Assembly (NCBI GenBank): GCA_015065545.1
Contig: SVQA01000009.1
Location: 19,016-83,015, forward strand
Reading direction: 5' to 3'
DNA length: 64,000 nt
From: Oscillospiraceae bacterium
GTDB lineage: Bacteria; Bacillota; Clostridia; Oscillospirales; Acutalibacteraceae
This document shows positions 58,334 through 64,000 of the stretch, one piece after another (positions within the stretch are counted from its first letter, which is position 1; every line of letters starts with the position of its first letter). The notes under the pieces were generated by a model, which was not told where the DNA came from, ran no database searches, and was given only the letters and a program-made list of their open reading frames with translations. Made by a program: the position numbers and the translations under genes.

Positions 58334-59515
58334 ATGCATTATACCGGCGTTACTTCCAGAGGTATCATTTGTCCTATCTTCAAAGAGGGCGATGATCTCG
58401 TAGCATCTATCGTTAAGAGCGTTACCGACGCTTCCAGAGAAGAAGGCTTTGAGCTTCACGATAAAGACATCATCGGTGTTACCGAGGCTGTTGTTGCTCG
58501 TACTCAGGGCAACTACGCAACCTGTGACCAGATTGCAACAGATATCCGCAACAAATTCGGCGGCGAAGACATGGGTATTGTATTCCCCATCCTCAGCCGT
58601 AACCGTTTTGCTATTCTTCTTCGTTCAATTGCTATGGGTTGCAAGAAGCTCTATGTTCAGCTTTCTTACCCTTCTGACGAGGTAGGCAACTCCTTTATCA
58701 CCTACGACCAGATCGACGAAGCAGGCGTTAACCCCTATTCTGACAGCTTCAACGAAGAAGAGTTCAGAAAAATCTTCGGTTATGAAACAAAGCATACCTT
58801 CACAGGTGTAGACTATATCGAGTATTACAAGAGTCTGGGCGACAACATCGAGATTATCTTCTCCAACGACCCCAGATACATCCTCAAGTACACAAAGAAT
58901 GTTCTCAACTGCGACATTCACACCCGTTACCGCACACAGAGACTTCTCAAGGCTGCAGGCGGCGAGCGAGTTTTCCGTATGGACGAAATTCTGACAGAAA
59001 GCATTGACGGCTCAGGCTACAACGCTCAGTACGGTATCCTCGGCTCCAACAAGGCTACAGAGGACAAGGTTAAGCTCTTCCCCCGTGATTGTCAGGAGTT
59101 TGTAGACAGACTTTCCGAAGAAATGTTCAAGGCAACAGGCAAACACATCGAGTGTATGGTTTACGGCGACGGCGGCTTCAAAGACCCCGTTGGTGGAATT
59201 TGGGAGCTGGCAGACCCTGTTGTATCTCCCGCATTCACTCCCGGTCTTGCAGGCAAGCCCAACGAGCTTAAGATGAAGTACTTTGCAGACAACGACTTTG
59301 CAGACCTTTCAGGCGAAGAGCTTAAAGAGGCTATGAAGAAGCTTATCAAAGAAAAGGAAAGCAACCTTGTAGGCAGTATGCAGTCTCAGGGTACTACACC
59401 CAGACAGATTACAGACCTTCTCGGTTCACTCTGCGACCTTACAAGCGGCTCAGGCGACAGAGGTACACCCGTAATTCTTGTTCAGGGCTACTTCTCAAAC
59501 TACGCATCCGAATAA
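58334..59515 (+). CDS. CofE-like (coenzyme F420-0:L-glutamate ligase family) protein
   Basis: GIICPIFKEGDDL, VTEAVVAR, VYGDGGFKD, DLTSGSGDRGTPVILV. Confidence 0.8.
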   Translation: MHYTGVTSRGIICPIFKEGDDLVASIVKSVTDASREEGFELHDKDIIGVTEAVVARTQGNYATCDQIATDIRNKFGGEDMGIVFPILSRNRFAILLRSIAMGCKKLYVQLSYPSDEVGNSFITYDQIDEAGVNPYSDSFNEEEFRKIFGYETKHTFTGVDYIEYYKSLGDNIEIIFSNDPRYILKYTKNVLNCDIHTRYRTQRLLKAAGGERVFRMDEILTESIDGSGYNAQYGILGSNKATEDKVKLFPRDCQEFVDRLSEEMFKATGKHIECMVYGDGGFKDPVGGIWELADPVVSPAFTPGLAGKPNELKMKYFADNDFADLSGEELKEAMKKLIKEKESNLVGSMQSQGTTPRQITDLLGSLCDLTSGSGDRGTPVILVQGYFSNYASE

Positions 59516-59621
59516 CAAAAGTATATTTTATAAAACTATCCCCTCTGTATTTGCAGAGGGGATTTTTGTACATAAAAAAGCCTGAAGGATGAGAAAAGAA
59601 CTCACCCGTCAGGCTTATTTT

Positions 59622-60059
59622 TTATTTTAAGTTTTTAGTCATAAGCAGGGCATCTTCCACAGGGTCTTTGTAGTACTTGGGTCTTTTGCCCATAGGCTCA
59701 AAGCCGAATTTTTTGTAAAGATTTATGGCAGGGGTGTTGCCCTCTCGTACCTCTAAGGTTATAAACTGCAAATCTCTTTCCAGCGCTTCGGTTATAAGTG
59801 CCTGCATTAAAAGATTTGCAATTCCCTTTTTACGCTCTGAAGGCAAAACTGCAATATCCGTAAGGCTGCCTTCGTCCAGCACCCATTCAAGTGCCGCGTA
59901 ACCCACAAGTTTATCCTCTTCAAAAGCACCAAAGCACTCGGCACTATTGCTCTCAAGAAGTGATTTTATGGTATCTTGAGACCAAGGATTTGTAAAGGAC
60001 GAAGATAAAACAGAAAACACATCCTTCGCATATTCGGTTGTGAGTTTAGTTATCGTCAT
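59622..60059 (-). CDS. rimI: Ribosomal-protein-alanine N-acetyltransferase RimI-like GNAT
   Basis: PWS, IAV..RKKGIA, TLEVREGN..AINLYKKFGF, RPKYY..PVEDA. Confidence 0.88.
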   Translation of the reverse strand: MTITKLTTEYAKDVFSVLSSSFTNPWSQDTIKSLLESNSAECFGAFEEDKLVGYAALEWVLDEGSLTDIAVLPSERKKGIANLLMQALITEALERDLQFITLEVREGNTPAINLYKKFGFEPMGKRPKYYKDPVEDALLMTKNLK

Positions 60060-60483
60060 TTTCCTCACCCAGAAATTCTAAAAACTCTTCAACTTTCTCC
60101 AGTATTTCATTACCGCATTGTTCATATCTTTGCAGACTTCCTCCGTAAGGGTCGGCTACATTAAAAACAAAAATTCTGTTTCTGTCTATGCCGTAAACCT
60201 GTGCTAATACGTCTGCGTGTTCGTCGGTCATCGCACCAAAATAATCTATCTCGGAAAGACTCACATCATCTATAGAAGCAGAAGCAAAAGAAAGGTCCTT
60301 TACACCCATTTCCTTAATAACGCAAAAAGAGTTTGCTGATATAGGCAATCCTGTTACAGTACATATTCCTGCAGATTTTGCGGTATATGGCAACTTGCGG
60401 TTTGAGCAAATGGCATTGAAAATTTTCTCTGCCATAGGACTACGGCAAGTGTTGCCTGTGCATACAAATAAAATATTTTTCAT
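60046..60483 (-). CDS. Low-molecular-weight protein tyrosine/arginine phosphatase (YwlE-like)
   Basis: LFVCTGNTCRSPMAE P-loop; DPYGG. Confidence 0.92.
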   Translation of the reverse strand: MKNILFVCTGNTCRSPMAEKIFNAICSNRKLPYTAKSAGICTVTGLPISANSFCVIKEMGVKDLSFASASIDDVSLSEIDYFGAMTDEHADVLAQVYGIDRNRIFVFNVADPYGGSLQRYEQCGNEILEKVEEFLEFLGEENDDN

Positions 60484-60493
60484 AATTTTCCTC

Positions 60494-63052
60494 TTAAGAT
60501 TTTGCGTCAAACCAGGTTTCACCCATAGAAGCTTCTGCAACCAAGGGTACAGAAAGTTTAACCGCATTTTCCATTTCTTCCTGCAATACCATAGCCGCCA
60601 TCATAGCCTCGTGCTGTGGTGCTTCCACAATAAGTTCGTCGTGGACCTGCAGAATAAGCTTTGACTCCATTCCCTCAGATTTCAGACGCTCGTCAACTCT
60701 TATCATAGCAATCTTAATAATATCTGCCGCTGTACCCTGAATAGGCATATTACGGGCTACTCGCTCACCGAAAGCTCTTGTAATATGATTGGAAGCGGTA
60801 AGCTCGGGCAGGTATCTGCGTCTGCCGAAAATAGTTTCAACAAAGCCTGTAAGCTTTGCGTTCTCAATAACTGACTTCATATAGCTGTCAACACCCGAAT
60901 AATGAGCAAGATAATTCTTTATATATTGGGATGCTTCTTTGTTTGTAACACCAATATCCTTTGCAAGTGAAAAAGCACCGATTCCGTAAACGATACCGAA
61001 GTTTACCGCCTTTGCTCTGCTACGCATAACAGGAGTCACCATTTCCTTAGGCATAGAGAAAACCTCGGAAGCGGTAACAGTGTGAATATCAGTACCCAAA
61101 AGGAAAGCTTGACGCATATTCTCGTCTTTTGCAATGTCCGCAAGCACACGAAGCTCAATCTGGGAATAGTCCGCATCCACCAAAACACAGCCGTCTTTTG
61201 CCTTGAAGAATTTTCGCAGTTCTCTGCCAAGCTCTGTTCTTACGGGAATATTCTGAAGATTGGGCTCTGTGGAGCTTATTCTGCCTGTACGGGTTTCTTT
61301 CTGATTAAAGCTTGAGTGGATTCTACCATCCTCTGCAATAACCTTCAAAAGTCCGTCGCAATAGGTAGATTTGAGCTTTGCAAAGGTTCTGTACTCCAAA
61401 ATCATAGCCACAACAGGATGATAGGCACGAAGCTCCTCCAGCACCTCTGCATTAGTTGAGTAACCGCTTTTTGTCTTTTTCTTTGCAGGGAGAGCAAGTT
61501 TTTCAAAAAGTGCCACTCCAAGTTGCTTTGGAGAATTTATATTGAACTCGTAGCCTACGGAAGCATAGATTTCTTGCTCCAATAAGGAAATCCGCTCACC
61601 AATGTATTCACCGTATTGCTCAATGCCATCTTTATCAACAGCAAAACCGATGTTTTCCATTCTTGCAAGCACCCTTGCAAGAGGGAGTTCTATGGTATCA
61701 AGGAGGTTTTTCTGCTGTTTTTCTTCGATTTCCTTCTGAAGTTTCTTATAAATCAAGGGAAGAGAAGCAAAAGCAGGCTCAACCCCCTCACCCTCCACCA
61801 AAGCTTCGTCTATTCTGTATTCGGCACAAAGCCTTGGGGGCGAATAATCAGAAGATGATGGATTGAGAAGATATGCCGCTAAAGACACATCAAAAGATGC
61901 CTCGGGCATATCTATCCCCATTTTATCTGCATAAGAATAAACAGGTTTTGTATCGTAAAAATTTTTTTTACTATTATCTCTTAAAAACTCTTTAAATACA
62001 TTCAGGTCATCAGTTACATAAGCTTCGTCCTCTGTATAAACACAAAGACGAGAAAATTCACCCTCGTGAAACTCTACATCCGCTACCGTATTTTCGGAAA
62101 GTTTAATCTGAGAAAAAGACTTTACTTCTGTAATCTTTACAGCTATCTTCTCTTTGGTTTCTTCCTGAAAAACTCCGCCTGCTGTATTAAGTCCCATTTT
62201 ATCCATAAGCTTAAAGAGTTCAAGCCTTGCCATATATCTTGCAGCGGCTGCAGGGTCTTTCATCTCCACCTTATAATTTTCGGGATTTGTATCAATGGGA
62301 ACTGTGCGGCAAATCTCGCCCAGCATTAAACTTAATAATGCATTTTCTTTATCTGCAATCAGTTTATTTCTTACAGAATCCTTAATCTGCTCAGAGTCGA
62401 TATTATCATAAACCGCCTGAAGACTTCCGAATTTCAAAATAAGGTCGGTAGCACCCTTGGGACCAATACCCGAAACACCGGGGATGTTATCGGAGGTATC
62501 GCCCTGAATTGCCTTTATATCTATAAGTTTGCGAGGCTCAACGCAGTAGTCCTCCAAAACCTTCGCAGTATCATAGAGCACTGCTGTAGGTGTACCCTGC
62601 TTTGTGGCGGCGAGACGTACAGTAACCTTATCGCTCACAAGCTGCAGTGAATCTCTGTCTCCCGTTGCGATAACACACTCGTCACCACGCTCTTCGCAGG
62701 AAGCGGCAAAAGTGCCCAGAATATCGTCTGCCTCATAACCTTCCAAAGATACAAGCTTATAGCCAAGAAGCAAGAGAAGCTCTTTGAGAGGCTCAACCTG
62801 CTGTGCCAGCTCCTCCGGCATACCCTTACGCTGTGCCTTATAACCTGCATAAGCCTTGTGCCTGAAGGTAGGTGCACGAAGGTCAAAGGCAACTGCAACC
62901 GAGTCGGGATTTGTGTCTGCTTTAATTTTCTCAAGCATTGTCAGAAATCCGTATATAGCATGAGTAAACTGTCCGTCCTTTGTAGTAAGAGGACGAATTC
63001 CGTAATATGCACGGTTTAAAATACTGTTACCGTCAACTGCTAAAAGTCTCAT
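60494..63052 (-). CDS. polA: DNA polymerase I
   Basis: 5'-3' exonuclease (DGNS, YEADD, GDTSDNIPGV); polymerase motifs TGRISSTEPNLQNIP, DYSQIELR, KAVNFGIVYG, QVHDEL. Confidence 0.98.
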   Translation of the reverse strand: MRLLAVDGNSILNRAYYGIRPLTTKDGQFTHAIYGFLTMLEKIKADTNPDSVAVAFDLRAPTFRHKAYAGYKAQRKGMPEELAQQVEPLKELLLLLGYKLVSLEGYEADDILGTFAASCEERGDECVIATGDRDSLQLVSDKVTVRLAATKQGTPTAVLYDTAKVLEDYCVEPRKLIDIKAIQGDTSDNIPGVSGIGPKGATDLILKFGSLQAVYDNIDSEQIKDSVRNKLIADKENALLSLMLGEICRTVPIDTNPENYKVEMKDPAAAARYMARLELFKLMDKMGLNTAGGVFQEETKEKIAVKITEVKSFSQIKLSENTVADVEFHEGEFSRLCVYTEDEAYVTDDLNVFKEFLRDNSKKNFYDTKPVYSYADKMGIDMPEASFDVSLAAYLLNPSSSDYSPPRLCAEYRIDEALVEGEGVEPAFASLPLIYKKLQKEIEEKQQKNLLDTIELPLARVLARMENIGFAVDKDGIEQYGEYIGERISLLEQEIYASVGYEFNINSPKQLGVALFEKLALPAKKKTKSGYSTNAEVLEELRAYHPVVAMILEYRTFAKLKSTYCDGLLKVIAEDGRIHSSFNQKETRTGRISSTEPNLQNIPVRTELGRELRKFFKAKDGCVLVDADYSQIELRVLADIAKDENMRQAFLLGTDIHTVTASEVFSMPKEMVTPVMRSRAKAVNFGIVYGIGAFSLAKDIGVTNKEASQYIKNYLAHYSGVDSYMKSVIENAKLTGFVETIFGRRRYLPELTASNHITRAFGERVARNMPIQGTAADIIKIAMIRVDERLKSEGMESKLILQVHDELIVEAPQHEAMMAAMVLQEEMENAVKLSVPLVAEASMGETWFDAKS

Positions 63053-64000
63053 AATTTATACATCACATCCACAACCTTGCCGTTTTCCATATACACTCTG
63101 GGTACACGCTTGGAAACGGCACAGATAATCTCGTAATTTATTGTATCAGCAAATTTTGCCAAGTCATTTACTGTAGGTGCTCCGTCATTTCCGTCAGAGA
63201 AAATTACAACCTCATCGCCGATTTTAACATCAGGAATATCGGTAACATCCACAACGGTCTGGTCCATACATATTCTGCCCAGAATCTTTGCAGATTTACC
63301 CTTAATGCCCATATAGCCGTCCTTGGATATTGCACGCAGATACCCGTCTGCATATCCGATGGGAACAGTAGCAACCACCATATCTCTGTCTGCAACAAAG
63401 GTTCTGCCATAACTTACAGAAGCACCTTTGCGAAGCTTCTTAACATGGGCAATCGTTGATTTTAAAGTCATTGCGGGCTTGAGAGGAATCTCATTATCAA
63501 TTGCGGGATTGGGAGCAAGACCATAGAGAATAATACCTGCACGAACCATATTTCTGTGAGTATCTCTATAATATTCGATAGCACCGCTGTTTGCATGATG
63601 CACAAGCCGGAATGAAATTCCTCTGTCTGCAAGCAATTTAATAGCAGTATTAAACGCATCAAACTGAGCATTTGTAAATTCCTTGCCTGCTTCACCCTCG
63701 TCAGCAACCGCAAAATGAGCCATAACTCCTTGTATTTTAAGACAAGGCAGCTTGCAAGTTTTTTCTATATCATCAATAGACTGTGTATCTTCGGGGAAAC
63801 TCTGACACATAAAGCCAAGTCTGCTCATACCCGTATCCAGTTTAATATGCACATCTATGGAAACTCCGCTCTTTTCACAAGCCTTTGAAAGCTCATTTGC
63901 ATATTCAAGACTGTAAACCGTCTGCTCAATATTATATGCAGAAAGTTTTGCCGCAAGCTTTACAGGTGTGAATCCAAGCACCAGGATAGGCTCCTTGATT
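63049..64000 (-). CDS. alr: Alanine racemase, 5' end outside window
   Basis: HIKLDTGMSRLG, ANSGA, VRAGIILYG, SYGRTF, PIGYADGY, GRICMDQ, TINYE. Confidence 0.95.
   Translation of the reverse strand, partial: IKEPILVLGFTPVKLAAKLSAYNIEQTVYSLEYANELSKACEKSGVSIDVHIKLDTGMSRLGFMCQSFPEDTQSIDDIEKTCKLPCLKIQGVMAHFAVADEGEAGKEFTNAQFDAFNTAIKLLADRGISFRLVHHANSGAIEYYRDTHRNMVRAGIILYGLAPNPAIDNEIPLKPAMTLKSTIAHVKKLRKGASVSYGRTFVADRDMVVATVPIGYADGYLRAISKDGYMGIKGKSAKILGRICMDQTVVDVTDIPDVKIGDEVVIFSDGNDGAPTVNDLAKFADTINYEIICAVSKRVPRVYMENGKVVDVMYKL

Noticed and set aside
6414-60567. N-terminal extensions in the ORF track (e.g. 7406, 8093, 9150, 37220, 53555, 58211, 60567)
   Set aside because: No RBS; downstream ATGs with good Shine-Dalgarno sequences match the family N-termini, so starts were reassigned.
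60494-63052. PolA lacking clear 3'-5' exonuclease motifs
   Set aside because: Normal for Firmicutes.
1-64000. rRNA, tRNA, transposase, integrase or prophage genes
   Set aside because: None recognised by eye; a tRNAscan-SE/Infernal run would confirm.

Overview
Chromosomal window from a gut-type Firmicute. Amylase/dockerin architecture and gene content suggest an Oscillospiraceae / Ruminococcus bromii-like organism; the taxon is inferred, not proven. The left ~6.4 kb is a decaying accessory block: a BclA-like collagen pseudogene, a frameshifted putative restriction endonuclease facing a TaqI-like N6-adenine methyltransferase with two N-terminal HTH domains, an orphan secreted protein and a metallophosphoesterase. 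It is followed by a DAGK-family lipid kinase, trmO, and a four-subunit NAD(P)-linked [FeFe]-hydrogenase operon (hndA...hndBCD) with an embedded signalling cassette (group D hydrogenase-like sensor, two DRTGG proteins, two GHKL kinases/ATPases, PHP phosphatase). Further on are trkAH, rmuC, two lipoprotein cyclophilins (one broken by an apparent 200-nt deletion), potABCD with a PotC-PotD fusion, T-box-pheST, an orphan B12-radical SAM gene, ireB, a DtxR-family regulator with feoAB, a CofE-like ligase, rimI, an LMW phosphatase, polA and partial alr. Four dockerin proteins are present (a GH13 amylase with two CBM26-like modules and three non-catalytic ones), plus a lipoprotein whose C-terminal domain looks like a cohesin. 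Top candidates for undescribed biology: (1) a lipoprotein-anchored cohesin scaffold for an amylosome-like surface complex, encoded next to dedicated lipoprotein foldases; (2) three promoter-to-terminator units with no real ORF (7400-7493, 7580-8072, 50465-50657), candidate new ncRNAs or attenuators. No rRNA, tRNA, CRISPR array, integrase or transposase was seen. All family assignments come from motif recognition by eye; no database searches were run.
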